A stretch of DNA of 63,445 nt, counting the filler, from Octopus bimaculoides (lineage: Eukaryota): NCBI RefSeq assembly GCF_001194135.2. It is 7 parts of 6 records of this genome, joined end to end, with 100 filler letters (N's around TTAATTAATTAA, not from the genome) between each part and the next. Parts side by side here need not be neighbours in the genome. Positions count along the whole stretch, not along the records: positions 1 to 12,863 come from NC_068983.1; positions 12,964 to 23,368 come from NC_068983.1; 5 more parts are not named here. One strand, written 5' to 3'. Position numbers and translations under genes: made by a program. Position 1 is the first letter of the stretch, and every line of letters starts with the position of its first letter. The notes under the pieces are model-generated. The model was given only the letters and a program-made list of their open reading frames with translations. It was not told the origin of the DNA and ran no database searches. This document shows positions 1 to 13,599 of the stretch, in pieces.

Positions 1-139
1 GTGTGTGCGCATGTGTGTGTATGTGTATATGTGTTTGTTCGTGTGTGTGCGTGAGTGCGTTTGATAATCTTTTTCTAAAAAAGTGAAACCGGTTAAGTAA
101 ATAAATATTTTTTTAAAATAAGTGCATTTTCAAACCTTC

Positions 140-177
<38 letters not shown>

Positions 178-510
178 CTATCTGGCAAGCTATATTTCTG
201 TCTGCCTGTATGTGTGCACACGCGCGCGCGTGTGTGTGTATTCATATACCAGGCGAACGCATGCATCCAAAATTCAGAATAGCAACAGAGTGAATCATCA
301 AAATGGAACAAAGCAACACACACTAATACACTACTTCGTGTATTGAATACGATTTCTTTTCTGTGTTCATTGAGGAGCCATTCCACATCGGAACAGATGC
401 ATCTGATGAGTGCATGTGCGTAATACTCTGCATGAAACTGGCAGTTGTGTAAGCTGTTTTGCTTCTGCCATCGTTATATGAAACTATGTGTGCATGTCTA
501 CATGTAAATA

Positions 511-894
511 GTGGGAACGCAATGGCCCAGTGCTTAGGGCAGCGGACTCGGGCTCGTAGGATCGCGGTTTCGATTCCAAGACCGGGCGTTGTGAGTGTTT
601 ATTGAGCGAAGGCACTTAAAGCTCCACGAGGCTCCGGCAGGGGATGGTGGCGAGCCCTGCTGTACTCTTTCATCACAACTTTCTCTCACTCATTTCTTCC
701 TGTTTCTGTTGTATCTGTATTTCTAAGGGCCGGCTTTGTCACACTCTGTATCACGCTGAATCTCCCTGAGAACTACCTTATGGGTACACGTGTCTGTGGA
801 GTGCTCAGCCACTTGCACGTTAATTTTACGAGCAGGCTGTTCTGTTGATCAAATCAACTGGAACCCTCGTCGTCGTAACCGACGGAGTGCCACG
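511..894 (+). mobile_element. tRNA-derived SINE, family A, full length with 11-bp TSD
   Basis: A box TGGCCCAGTG, B box GTTTCGATTCC, ~380 bp body shared with copies at 10940, 39198 and 40736. ACATGTAAATA is duplicated at 500-510 and 895-905. Confidence 0.85.
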
Positions 895-937
895 ACATGT
901 AAATATGTGAGTATGTAAGTGTGTGTGCGCGTGTGTG

Positions 938-968
<31 letters not shown>

Positions 969-1734
969 ACGCGCGCGCGTGTGGCGAGAACGGTTGCGGG
1001 CATGGTTGTGCATCGAAGAAATTTGCTTCACAGGTAATTAGTTTCAGGTTCATTTCCACTCCTAGGAAACCAATGATTTACAAGCGAAAACTGTGCAGAA
1101 GCCTGTCGTTTATATATATGTATGTTTTCACATTTTATGTAGAGATCACATAATTTATACACATCCAGAACATACTTAAAGTATCGTTTGGGTCCTTTCT
1201 CAGCAGAGCTACCGCTTCTCGATTCACAGAATTGGAGATTCTCTCGTTCTGCTGCCAATTGCAATAAATGCTTGCTAAAAGGTCTTTGGACTAGTCTGTC
1301 ATTAAAAGTGAAGCTCGTAGAATAGACCATCCAAACAAAGGAATCTGCCCGCTTTGCAACCGACCATCTCTGTCTCTGATTCCTTACTAAACCTTAATGA
1401 TTGTACAGTAATTGCCCTTTTCAGAGGGTACCATCATCTGTTGTTGACGATTGCTCTCGTCAACGCTCGCTTATGCGGTCTCTGTAGGTCTATCTAGGCC
1501 GACTTGTACACATCACACATTTTTGTTCTGTGTAACCGATGATTTTGAATTGTGGGTAGTCTACGATGTCCCTATCTTCTGGTCTACAGAATAGTCTATC
1601 TCACACAGGATACTTTATAACATATTAATGATAATCCTATATGTAAAGATTATTGTATATCCGTATGCTGTGACATTTGCAATATGTAAGCGAAAAGTGG
1701 CCTTTCATATGTTTGTATGAATGTATACACGCAC

Positions 1735-1735
1735 A

Positions 1736-1829
<94 letters not shown>

Positions 1830-1832
1830 CAC
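1735..1832. repeat. (CA)n microsatellite
   Basis: Direct reading. Confidence 0.95.
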
Positions 1833-2491
1833 ATATTTGCTGATGACACTAAGCTCCAACAAACCATCAATGAGGAAGACCGAACTCAACTGCAGTCTGA
1901 TGTATATGCGGTGAGTCAATGGGCAGACAAAAACAAAATGCAACGAAACGAGGGAAAATTTGAGCTGATACATTTTGGAAGAAAGACTATTCTAAAACAG
2001 TCATACTCTCTTCCTTCAGGGAAACCGCTCACAGCATCTAATAATTTCAGAGACCTAGGAGTAATAGTTGATAACAATCTCAGTTGGAGTGCCCACATCA
2101 ACAATAAGGTCGATATAGCTCGTAGGATGAGCTCCTGGATCTTAAGAACCTTCCAGTCCAGAGAACAAAGTGTCATCATTCCACTTTTCTCTTCCTTTGT
2201 ACGGCCATACCTCGAATACTGCTGCCCCCTGTGGTCTCCCCATACAAAACAAAACATCTCAAAAATTGAATCATCCCAGAGGGCATTCACTAAACGAACT
2301 AAGGGCATGACTGATCTCGATTACTGGGACCGCCTTAAAGCCTTGAAACTCTACTCTGTCCAGCGCCGCCGCGAGCGGTACATCATTTGTACGATGTGGA
2401 AAATATACCGCCAGCATTGCCCAAATGACCTGAGTATTAGCTTCAAGGTTCATCCAAGGCTGGGACTACGGGCCATACGTCCCCTGCCCAT
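1833..2491 (+). mobile_element. CR1/L2-clade LINE reverse transcriptase C-terminal fragment
   Basis: FADDTKL, DLGVIVDNNLSWSAHI, FVRPYLEYCCPLWSPH and LDYWDRLKALKLYSVQRRRERY are typical CR1 ORF2 motifs. Confidence 0.9.
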
Positions 2492-3276
2492 TTGAGAATT
2501 ACAACATATAGGTACACTGCGACACTATTTCTTTTCCTCTCTTGTTCTTCATCCTTTCTGTTTTTCTCTCCCACCCTTTCCCTATTCTTCTCTCCCTTTC
2601 ACCGTTCCCCCCCCTCTCTCTCTCACTCTTCCTCCTTGACCTTCTCGTCGCTGACACGTGACGAAAGGGGGTCTTTCTTTCTGCTCACTGCCTTCTTATA
2701 GAAAAGACGTATTTTTTCTGTCTCTTCTCTCATGCACGTCTATCTTAAGCGTTCATAATAATTATTTCTATCGTCTTGGCTTAACATCCCTCACTGTTTG
2801 TTTTACTGTCTTGTTCTCACTCTCCCGTTCTTACTGTTTTTTACTGTCTTGTTCTCACTGTCCTGTTCTTGTTAACACTTTCACCCTCCGCAAAAAAATC
2901 CAAATTTTATTTAGTTTGCTTTGCCGTAAGGACTGTTCCAACGAAGTCGCGTATTGTCCTTGCCTTCGAAACGCGGAGTAGATGGAACAGGGACAACTGA
3001 CGAAGGGGTATACACTTTATGTTGCATGTCTCGTTTCTCTGTTTGTTTCTTTTTCGTTGTTCGGAAAAAGTTCGTTTTCTGTTTTCGTCTTTATGTTTTC
3101 GTTTCTCATTGTGTTTAACGTATTTTTGTGATGTCTTGTACCCATATATGCATGTATGTATACATATAGATGTAGGTATGTACATGCATGTATGGATATA
3201 TGCATATGTTTATATATATACAGATAAACACATTGCTTGGAGCTGTAACAACTCTGCCTGCTCACCGCCGTCAATA

Positions 3277-3690
<414 letters not shown>

Positions 3691-3704
3691 ATAATCCTTT
3701 CTAA

Positions 3705-3893
3705 ACTGGGATGAGGGAGGGGATAAGTCGATTACATCGACCCCAGTGCGTAACTGGTACTTAATTTATCGACTCCGAAAGGATGAAAGGCAAAGACGAC
3801 CTCGGCGGAATTTGAACTCAGAACGTAGCGACGAGCGAAATACCGCTAAACATTTCGTCCAGCACGCTAACGATTCTGTCAGTTCGTTGCCTT
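3705..3893 (-). mobile_element. SINE family B
   Basis: Reverse complement of the repeated unit ggcgagctggcagaatcgttagc...gttcaaattccgccgaggtcgactttgcctttcatcc...gtcgatgtaatcgact. Confidence 0.8.
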
Positions 3894-3894
3894 T

Positions 3895-3972
<78 letters not shown>

Positions 3973-3974
3973 TA

Positions 3975-4204
3975 GCAAAATGTGGAACCTGAAGACTAAA
4001 ACAATACTTATTGTCATAGGTGCCCTGGGAATGACAGCGAAACGGGCTGATTACTACCTGGCTCAGATACCAGGAAACCCCAAAATGGCTGAAGTTCAAA
4101 AGATAGTGCTCATGGGAACTGCCCATATCCTACGTAAAATACTGTCTATGTGATCTCAAATTTTAAAACAAACACAATTTTCTTATGGTTTCTTAAACAT
4201 TCAC
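3975..4204 (+). mobile_element. 3' end of R4/Dong-like (RLE-type) non-LTR retrotransposon
   Basis: Reads ISKMWNLKTKTILIVIGALGMTAKRADYYLAQIPGNPKMAEVQKIVLMGTAHILRKILSM*; same family as 34653-35880. Confidence 0.8.
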
Positions 4205-4393
4205 NNNNNNNNNNNNNNNNNNNNNNNNNNNNNNNNNNNNNNNNNNNNNNNNNNNNNNNNNNNNNNNNNNNNNNNNNNNNNNNNNNNNNNNNNNNNNNNN
4301 NNNNNNNNNNNNNNNNNNNNNNNNNNNNNNNNNNNNNNNNNNNNNNNNNNNNNNNNNNNNNNNNNNNNNNNNNNNAAGAAGAAGAAGAAGAAG

Positions 4394-4589
4394 AATCCTT
4401 TCTCCTATAGGCACAAGGCCTGAAATTTGTGGGGAAGTGACTAGTCAATAACATCAACCTCCGTGCGTAGCAGGTACTTAATGTATCGACCACGAAAGGA
4501 TGAAAGGCAAAGTCGACCTCGGTGGAATTTGAACTCAGAACGTAAGCATTTCGTCCAGCGTGCTAACGATTCTGCCAGCTCGCCGCCTT
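4394..4589 (-). mobile_element. SINE family B
   Basis: Matches the family B unit. Confidence 0.8.
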
Positions 4590-5169
4590 GATGATGTTGA
4601 TAATAATGGTGATGGTGATGATGGTGTTGGTGACCACGACGATGATGAAGATGACGACGACGACGACGATGACGACGACGGCTACGATGATATATTTATT
4701 CATTTATTTATCATTATTTTTTCCCCTCCTTCTTATTTCCACCGATGGCTGAACGGTTGTGAAAGAGAAAGCTCTTAAGAGTATAGGGTTGCTCTGAAAG
4801 TCACGCTGCTTCTCCCGTGACCCACTTACGCAGCACTCTTCTGCCTGTGAGACGTAAATAGCTATCCATATGACCGGAACCACAGCATGTCAATTCCTGG
4901 GAACAATTTCATCCATATCTTCCTTTCGGCAACCTCATTTTAAATTTCCGTTTTCCATTTCAGCCAGAACCAGCTGCCGCGATACCCAGAAATCACCACA
5001 GCTGGTCGTATCATTGTCATCACCGCTATAATTATAGGTTACTTGCTGTCTTTCGCCTCTTCTTCAATTGCCTCATATAATTCTCTCTCGCATTTTCACT
5101 GGGTTTTCGTCTTTCCCCCCCCCCTCTCTCTTTTTTTGTTTTTCATTTAATTCTCTTGGTTTCCTCGTT

Positions 5170-5904
5170 TACACCCATACACGCACACACACACACACAC
5201 ACGTGCGCACGCGGGAAGGGAGGGATACAAAGAGAGAGAGAGAAAGAAAGAGAGAAAGAGAGAGCGAGAACACAATATAAACACACACAAATGCATAGAT
5301 ATAAATACGTATATATGTATGTATATGTATATATGTATGTGTGTATGTATGTATGTATGTATGTATGTATGTATGCATGTATATGTATGTATGTATGTAT
5401 CTATTTATGTATGTGTGTATGTATATATCTATTTATGTATATATATATGTATGTTTGTATTTATGTATATGTATATATATGTGTGTGTATGTACTATATA
5501 CACATATATTGATATATATATATATATATGCATACACATACATATATTGGTATATTCACACATATATATATATATATATATACATATATGTATGCATATG
5601 TATATATGTGTATAAGTATGGTGTATATATACACGCACACATACACATATACACAAGCCACACACAGACACAGATTCACGCACACATCCATATGTGTGTG
5701 TATGTGTGTGTGTGTATGTGTGTGTGTGTATAAACATACGCATACGTATGCAGCGTAAAGATGTAACTGTCTATGTCAATTTATACATGTACATATGCAT
5801 GTGCGTAAACTCAATCATGTATCGTGTACGTCTGTATGTCACCTTGTCTCTGTGTGCTCGCCTCTATACACACACGCACATATATATATATATATATATA
5901 TATA
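5170..5904. repeat. Compound CA/GA/TA/TATG microsatellite
   Basis: Direct reading. Confidence 0.9.
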
Positions 5905-6849
5905 NNNNNNNNNNNNNNNNNNNNNNNNNNNNNNNNNNNNNNNNNNNNNNNNNNNNNNNNNNNNNNNNNNNNNNNNNNNNNNNNNNNNNNNNNNNNNNNN
6001 NNNNNNNNNNNNNNNNNNNNNNNNNNNNNNNNNNNNNNNNNNNNNNNNNNNNNNNNNNNNNNNNNNNNNNNNNNNNNNNNNNNNNNNNNNNNNNNNNNNN
6101 NNNNNNNNNNNNNNNNNNNNNNNNNNNNNNNNNNNNNNNNNNNNNNNNNNNNNNNNNNNNNNNNNNNNNNNNNNNNNNNNNNNNNNNNNNNNNNNNNNNN
6201 NNNNNNNNNNNNNNNNNNNNNNNNNNNNNNNNNNNNNNNNNNNNNNNNNNNNNNNNNNNNNNNNNNNNNNNNNNNNNNNNNNNNNNNNNNNNNNNNNNNN
6301 NNNNNNNNNNNNNNNNNNNNNNNNNNNNNNNNNNNNNNNNNNNNNNNNNNNNNNNNNNNNNNNNNNNNNNNNNNNNNNNNNNNNNNNNNNNNNNNNNNNN
6401 NNNNNNNNNNNNNNNNNNNNNNNNNNNNNNNNNNNNNNNNNNNNNNNNNNNNNNNNNNNNNNNNNNNNNNNNNNNNNNNNNNNNNNNNNNNNNNNNNNNN
6501 NNNNNNNNNNNNNNNNNNNNNNNNNNNNNNNNNNNNNNNNNNNNNNNNNNNNNNNNNNNNNNNNNNNNNNNNNNNNNNNNNNNNNNNNNNNNNNNNNNNN
6601 NNNNNNNNNNNNNNNNNNNNNNNNNNNNNNNNNNNNNNNNNNNNNNNNNNNNNNNNNNNNNNNNNNNNNNNNNNNNNNNNNNNNNNNNNNNNNNNNNNNN
6701 NNNNNNNNNNNNNNNNNNNNNNNNNNNNNNNNNNNNNNNNNNNNNNNNNNNNNNNNNNNNNNNNNNNNNNNNNNNNNNNNNNNNNNNNNNNNNNNNNNNN
6801 NNNNNNNNNNNNNNNNNNNNNNNNNNNNNNNNNNNNNNNNNNNNNNNNN

Positions 6850-6884
<35 letters not shown>

Positions 6885-6891
6885 GCCATCG

Positions 6892-6964
<73 letters not shown>

Positions 6965-6987
6965 GTCTGTCTGTCTGTCTGCCATCG

Positions 6988-7044
<57 letters not shown>

Positions 7045-7850
7045 CCAGGGCATCCAAAATGTAATATAATGCATATCAAATTATTATTTTTGTCTTTCTC
7101 TCTCTCTCTATTTCTTTCCCACTCTTTCTACCTCCCTCTCTCACTCTCATCCGCTCGCTCTTTCTGTCTATTTATCTGCTTATCTATTTTTCTATTTGTC
7201 AGTTTGCCTGTCTGCCTGTATGTATGCATGTGTTTCTGTACGTATGCATGCATGTATATATGTATGTACCATGCATGCAAGTATGTATCTCATTTATTCA
7301 GTTTATTTCAAGTTTTCTTGCTAATAGAGAAAAAACCGTTTTCTAACCTAGATCCAAAACTTCTTCATTGGAATTACAACATCAACAACAGGGTATATTT
7401 TGTTAGTATGTATGTATGCATGTATGTATGTATGTATGTATGTATGTATGTATGTATGTACGTATGTATGCACAGATTTTTATGTTTTATGTATGTATTC
7501 TCATGCATATAGTTGCATATCTAGACATGCTCATATATATTTAAATGATAAACTTCTGAAAAGTTTTACAGATTTTTACAGTTCCAGTGATGGATTGGAT
7601 CTGTAGTCTTCAAATTAGCTTTCTCCTTTCTGGTTTTGAGAAGCCTAATTTCTCAAGATGTATGTATGTATGTATGTATGTATCAAATCCCGCACAGTGT
7701 CACGAGGTTTGTCTATTTTCCTCGCTTACAACCTTTTGTAGTGGAGTGATAATTTAAGTGGTTCATAGACCATTTGGGGTCTATTTCTAGCAGGCTGGTG
7801 TTGTAATCATTCAACACCCTTATTATTATTTTAATATAAATTAACCATTA

Positions 7851-8058
7851 AGGCGGCGAGCTGGCAGAATCGTTAGCACGCCGGGCGAAATGCTAAGCAG
7901 CATTTCGTATATATTTACGTTCTGATTCAAATTCCACCGATGTCGACTGCCTTTCATCCTTTCGGAGTTGATAAATTAAGTACCAGTTGCGTACTGCAAT
8001 CGATCTAATCGACTGGCACCTTTCCCCAAAATTTCAGGCGTTGTGCCTAGAGTAGAAA
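7851..8058 (+). mobile_element. SINE family B
   Basis: ggcggcgagctggcagaatcgttagcacgccgggcgaaatgc...; matches the other copies. Confidence 0.8.
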
Positions 8059-8479
8059 AGTAGAAAAGAATATAAATTAACCACTGTGGTATTTTAAATA
8101 TGCTGGCCACAGATAAATCATTAAATAATGACTTTNNNNNNNNNNNNNNNNNNNNNNNNNNNNNNNNNNNNNNNNNNNNNNNNNNNNNNNNNNNNNNNNN
8201 NNNNNNNNNNNNNNNNNNNNNNNNNNNNNNNNNNNNNNNNNNNNNNNNNNNNNNNNNNNNNNNNNNNNNNNNNNNNNNNNNNNNNNNNNNNNNNNNNNNN
8301 NNNNNNNNNNNNNNNNNNNNNNNNNNNNNNNNNNNNNNNNNNNNNNNNNNNNNNNNNNNNNNNNNNNNNNNNNNNNNNNNNNNNNNNNNNNNNNNNNNNN
8401 NNNNNNNNNNNNNNNNNNNNNNNNNNNNNNNNNNNNNNNNNNNNNNNNNNNNNNNNNNNNNNNNNNNNNNNNNNNNNNN

Positions 8480-8960
8480 ATGTCTTTGAGGACAATACTT
8501 TAGATTATAGCAATGTATGCAGGTGGGTCCGTCGTCTGAAAGATGAAAAGGTGGGAACTGTGAGTGTAGCCGATAAACCCCGTTCTGTCCGTCCGTCCGT
8601 CCGTCCGTCCGTCCGTCCGCTTCAGTGAATCCTGCGAATAAAGCAAAAGCAGATGCTCTGATCAGAGCAGACAGGCGCATAACTCTTGATGAGTTGGCAG
8701 AAAACCTTGAAGTGACCCATGGAAGTACTTACAACATTGTCAAATCACTTGACTTTTCAAAAGTGTGTGCCCGTTGGGTACCGAGAGAGCTGACTACCGA
8801 ACGCAAAGCTGACAGGGTCAATGCCTCTACACTCACCAGATTTAGCGCCTTCAGACTATCATCTCTTTGGCCTCCATGAAAGAGGGTTTGAGAGGCAAGC
8901 ATTATTTCAGTGACGAGGAAGTGAAAACTGTAGTGAAGAAGTGGCTCAAAGAGAATTTTA
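8480..8960 (+). mobile_element. Mariner-type transposase remnant with internal deletion
   Basis: VCRWVRRLK, LIRADRRITLDELAENLEVTHGS, KVCARWVPRELT, then ...HYFSDEEVKTVVKKWLKE. Interrupted by a (CCGT)n array. Confidence 0.85.
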
Positions 8961-9039
8961 CGGGGTAATAACTCCAAGGTGAAGTGAGATGTGTTTTTGG
9001 AGAACGTAAGAGGAATGGAAAATGGAGAGAAACACACAA

Positions 9040-9104
9040 GAAATTCTGCCGAGGTCGACTTTGACTTTAATCCTTTTGGAGTCGATAAACTAAGTACCAG
9101 TAGA
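9040..9104 (+). mobile_element. SINE family B fragment, followed by a 9-bp tandem repeat (ctgaa(a/g)ttt, ~9108-9165)
   Basis: aaattctgccgaggtcgactttgactttaatccttttggagtcgataaactaagtaccagt. Confidence 0.7.
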
Positions 9105-9654
9105 ACACTGAAATTGCTGAAGTTTCTGAAATTTCTGAAGTTTCTGAAATTTCTGAAATTTCTGACCTCGTGCCAAAATTTGGAACTAATATACATCGAG
9201 GTGATAACGAGGAGATCGATGTTCAATTTCCACCTAGTTCATCCAATATTATTCACTCGGTGCGTATACATACATACATACATACATACATACATACATA
9301 CATACATGCATACATGCATGCATACATACATACATAATACATACATACATAGATGGTCCAGGAATGCCTGTTTGGTAGGAAGTTTTCTTTCCAACCATAC
9401 GGTTCAGGGTTCAGGGTTCAGTCTTACTGCGTGGCACCTTGGGAAGTATCTTCCAATATAGCCTCGAACGTACATGCATACATACATTCATACATACATA
9501 CGTACATACATTCGTGCATGCCTACATACACGCATGCATGCATACATGCATACATGCATACATACAAACATACATACGTACATGTGTAGGTATGTGCTTG
9601 TGTGCGTGTGTGTTTATGTAGAGGGTAAAAGGCGCCCTACACCTGCGAAACAAG

Positions 9655-9930
9655 CGTAAGACCACCATACCTGGCAAAGCTGCTCCAATAGCGTTGTCAC
9701 CTCCTACGAGCCAAAAACTATTGCAGGGGCGGATAGAAAACGCAAAGTGCTCAAGTCCAGAGCCAACTTCTCGCCTTCACTCCCAGAAGTCCACCAGTGC
9801 CCGCCCTGCAGCCAAACCCTCCGAGGACGCGTCGAACCGATTGGCCACGGCCGGACACATTGTGCTCTATTTTCTTCTCCCATGTGACGCCCTTGGTCAT
9901 CGTCGACAACGACAGACGAACTGCTGACGG
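9655..9930 (+). mobile_element. RTE-clade LINE 3' end
   Basis: Frame reading DHHTWQSCSNSVVTSYEPKTIAGADRKRK...HQCPPCSQTLRGRVEPIGHGRTHC is a degenerate RTE C-terminal C2H2-like finger, followed by a gtcatcgtcgacaacgac tail. Confidence 0.65.
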
Positions 9931-10260
9931 TAAAAAGAATGTTTTAACACACTTAGGGATGAACCCGAAACCTATTTTGCGAATCAAAATTTCTTTAACA
10001 CTACGTCCATGACAACAAAATGAAAACTACAACAACTGGCACAGTTGAACATTCTCAACGCCAAAACATCACCACAACCACCACTACCACCATCATCATT
10101 GCCAGTACTACAATCACCACCACCACCATCATCACCATCATTGCCAGTACTACAATCACCACCAACACCATCACCAGCGGTCCACTGTCTCTACAACCAT
10201 CACTACTGGCATAACCAATGAGCTGCGGTATATATAGAATCGTTGTCTGTGGAAGCCTAG

Positions 10261-10311
<51 letters not shown>

Positions 10312-10939
10312 NNNNNNNNNNNNNNNNNNNNNNNNNNNNNNNNNNNNNNNNNNNNNNNNNNNNNNNNNNNNNNNNNNNNNNNNNNNNNNNNNNNNNNNNN
10401 NNNNNNNNNNNNNNNNNNNNNNNNNNNNNNNNNNNNNNNNNNNNNNNNNNNNNNNNNNNNNNNNNNNNNNNNNNNNNNNNNNNNNNNNNNNNNNNNNNNN
10501 NNNNNNNNNNNNNNNNNNNNNNNNNNNNNNNNNNNNNNNNNNNNNNNNNNNNNNNNNNNNNNNNNNNNNNNNNNNNNNNNNNNNNNNNNNNNNNNNNNNN
10601 NNNNNNNNNNNNNNNNNNNNNNNNNNNNNNNNNNNNNNNNNNNNNNNNNNNNNNNNNNNNNNNNNNNNNNNNNNNNNNNNNNNNNNNNNNNNNNNNNNNN
10701 NNNNNNNNNNNNNNNNNNNNNNNNNNNNNNNNNNNNNNNNNNNNNNNNNNNNNNNNNNNNNNNNNNNNNNNNNNNNNNNNNNNNNNNNNNNNNNNNNNNN
10801 NNNNNNNNNNNNNNNNNNNNNNNNNNNNNNNNNNNNNNNNNNNNNNNNNNNNNNNNNNNNNNNNNNNNNNNNNNNNNNNNNNNNNNNNNNNNNNNNNNNN
10901 NNNNNNNNNNNNNNNNNNNNNNNNNNNNNNNNNNNNNNC

Positions 10940-11310
10940 AATGGCCCAGTGGTTAGGGCAGCAGACTCGCGGTTATAAGATCGCGGTTTCGATTCCCAGA
11001 CCGGGCGTTGTGAATGTTTATTGAGCGAAAACACCTAAAGCTCCATGAGGCTCCGGCAGGGGATGGTGGCGACCCTTGCTGTACTCTTCCACCACAACTT
11101 TCTCTCACTCTTACTTCCTGTTTCTGTTGTGCCTGTAATTCAAAGGGTCAGCCTTGTCACACTCTGTCACGCTGAATATCCCCGAGGACTACGTTAAGGG
11201 TACATGTATCTGTGGAGTGCTCATTTGCACGTTAATTTCACGAGAAGGCTGTTCCGTTGATCGGATCAACTGGAACCCTCGACGTCGTAAGCGACGGAGT
11301 GCCAACAACA
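10940..11310 (+). mobile_element. SINE family A
   Basis: Close match to 39198-39583. Confidence 0.85.
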
Positions 11311-11421
11311 AAATGTTGGTGCCGATGGTGTTGTGGCGATTTGGTATCGATGGCTTTGATAGTGTAGTGCTAGTCTTACCGATAATCCGGGGATGGTGGT
11401 GGTGGTGGCATTGGCAGTAAT

Positions 11422-12252
11422 TAGGGTTTCAAATTTTGGCACAAGGCCAGCAATTTCGGTGGTGAGAGACAAGTCGATTACGTCGACCCCAATGTTACAC
11501 CGATGCTTACGTCATCGACCCCACAAGAATAAAAGGCAAAATCGACCTCGGCCGAATCTGTGTAGGTGTTAATATTGATTTTAAATTTTAGTACAAGGCC
11601 AGCAGTTTCGGGGGATGGGGTACATCAAGTAAACCGCCCCCAGTACTCAACTGATATTTATTTTATCAACAATGAAAGGATGAAAGGCAAAATCTACCTC
11701 AGAACGTAAAAACGGACGAAATACCGCTAAGTATTTTGTCCGGCATGCTAACGATTCTTATTTCTTTATTGCTCACAAGGAGCTAAACATAGAGAGGACA
11801 GACAAGGATAGACAAAGGGATTAAATCGATTACATCAACTTCAGTGCGTAACTGGTACTTATTTAATCGACCCCGAAAGGATGAAAGGCAAAGTCGACCT
11901 CGGCGGAATTCGAACTCAGAACGTCACGGAAGACGAAATACCACTAAGCATTTCGCGCGGCGTGCTAACGATTCTGCCAGATCGCCACCTTGATGTGTAG
12001 TAATTAATATATCATTTTAAATTTTGTCCACACGGGCAGCCTGGGGGAGGTGGGGATGAGTCAATTACATCGACCGCAGTGCGTAACTGGTACTTATTTA
12101 ATCGACCTCGAAAGGATGAAAAGCAAAGTCGACCTCGGCGGAATTCGAACTCAGAACGTAGCGACGGATGAAATGCCGTTAATTATTTCGTCCAGGGTGC
12201 TATGGTGCAAAGTATTTCGCCCGGCGTGCTAACGATTCTGCCAGCTCACAGT
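11422..12252 (-). mobile_element. Cluster of about four SINE family B copies, same orientation
   Basis: Units at about 11425-11555, 11580-11760, 11815-11990 and 12015-12250. Confidence 0.8.
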
Positions 12253-12639
12253 CTTAATGTGTAGTAATTAATATAGTCCTTATTATACATCGAGGAGATT
12301 TAGGTTCGATTTCTACTCATTCTCATGTGAGTAAATATAATCAGACGGACATACATACATACGTACACATATACATGTATGTATGTGTATGTGTATGTAT
12401 ATGTATATATCTATGTGTATGTATGTGTATGTATGTATGTGTGTGTATGTATGTGTGTGTATGTATGTGTGTGCGTGCGTGTGAGTTTGTATATATATAT
12501 GTTGGACTCTTCTTGTTATGAAGACGATGTATGTGCGTTCAGCATTTTTTTCCGAATGACCTGCACAAATGATTTTGTTTACAAGGATCAAAGGTATGTG
12601 TCACACATTAGCTCACATCTTCCAACAAATCGACCTTAC

Positions 12640-12810
12640 CTGAACAGGTGCACGGTGTGTACCACACGTCAGGTGTCGAATTGATCGCAGAGCAACGTGA
12701 GATGAAGTGTTTTGCTCAAGAACACAACGCATCACCCGGTCTGGGAATTGAACCCATGATCTCACAATCGTGAATTCAACACGATAAGCACTAAGCCATG
12801 CTCCCTCACT
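12640..12810 (-). mobile_element. CORE-like tRNA-derived SINE (family E)
   Basis: Reverse complement has catggcttagtg (A-box-like), gggttcaattccc (B box) and gtgttcttgagcaaaacactt (CORE-like segment). Confidence 0.65.
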
Positions 12811-12816
12811 TATGTA

Positions 12817-12863
<47 letters not shown>

Positions 12864-12907
12864 NNNNNNNNNNNNNNNNNNNNNNNNNNNNNNNNNNNNN
12901 NNNNNNN

Positions 12908-12919
12908 TTAATTAATTAA
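12908..12919. other. Artificial scaffold-joining linker TTAATTAATTAA
   Basis: Flanked by 44 N on each side; has stops in all six frames. Confidence 0.95.
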
Positions 12920-13046
12920 NNNNNNNNNNNNNNNNNNNNNNNNNNNNNNNNNNNNNNNNNNNNACACACACACACACACACACACACACATTCTCATTTT
13001 TATATATATAGATAGTAAAAATTATTCTCAGTAAAATTGTTTTTGA

Positions 13047-13270
13047 CTATTTCTGGTTTAGTTTTGGACTTAGAAATCTTATGAAATATTTTTCTTTTGC
13101 CTTCCGGAGAAGGTTGTTCTCTTCATTTATTTTATGAAGAGGGAAAATTGTAAATTTTCCTTGTGCATAGGTGTCCAAATGATCACTACATGGTATGCAT
13201 CTAAGTGCGGGATGTTTTATTTGATGTCTATGCACATTTACACAGTTGGTTAATTTCGTTTTCAAGAAGT
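13047..13270 (-). mobile_element. Penelope-like element GIY-YIG endonuclease C-terminal fragment
   Basis: HRHQIKHPALRCIPCSDHLDTYAQGKFTIFPL...RKAKEKYFIRFLSPKLN. Confidence 0.7.
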
Positions 13271-13599
13271 GGGTGGAGGTGCTTATGTCTCTTGTTTGAA
13301 AACATAAAGATAGAACGCTTGTGTCACATAGCCAACTGGAAATAGTATTTCCTGGGGCTAAATAGTAATAGCATTCTTCCCTTTCTTGGGACTGCTACAT
13401 AAAGTTGGCAACAAACCATCACTTTATCATGCTGCTATTGTATAAGTCTCTCTGAGAGATTTAGAAATGCAATATTTCTAATTTTGTAGATCAGTGAATT
13501 TATTTCACTTGAAATTCTATATGTTTTCAAAAGTGAATAAGCATCGACACCTAGCAAAGCCACTATTTTTGCCTCTTGTGGATACCCTCTTTGATTTTT

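Noticed and set aside
511-600. tRNA genes at SINE heads (also 10940, 39198, 41040, 44385)
   Set aside because: A and B boxes are present, but there is no complete cloverleaf or acceptor stem, and each continues into a shared SINE body, some with TSDs.
1028-1620. Coding region in unique-looking sequence
   Set aside because: Stops in all frames over short distances; probably a very old LINE remnant that I cannot assign.
11422-12252. CRISPR-like repeat/spacer array
   Set aside because: Units are ~190-bp diverged SINEs with irregular spacing in a eukaryotic context; no cas genes.
12543-12599. Exon ending at the strong donor AAG|GTATGT (12594)
   Set aside because: Two frames are closed, the third gives no recognisable peptide, and it abuts a SINE end.
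12908-12919. Recurrent TTAATTAATTAA as a biological motif
   Set aside because: Always centred in exactly 44+44 N; a synthetic six-frame-stop linker.
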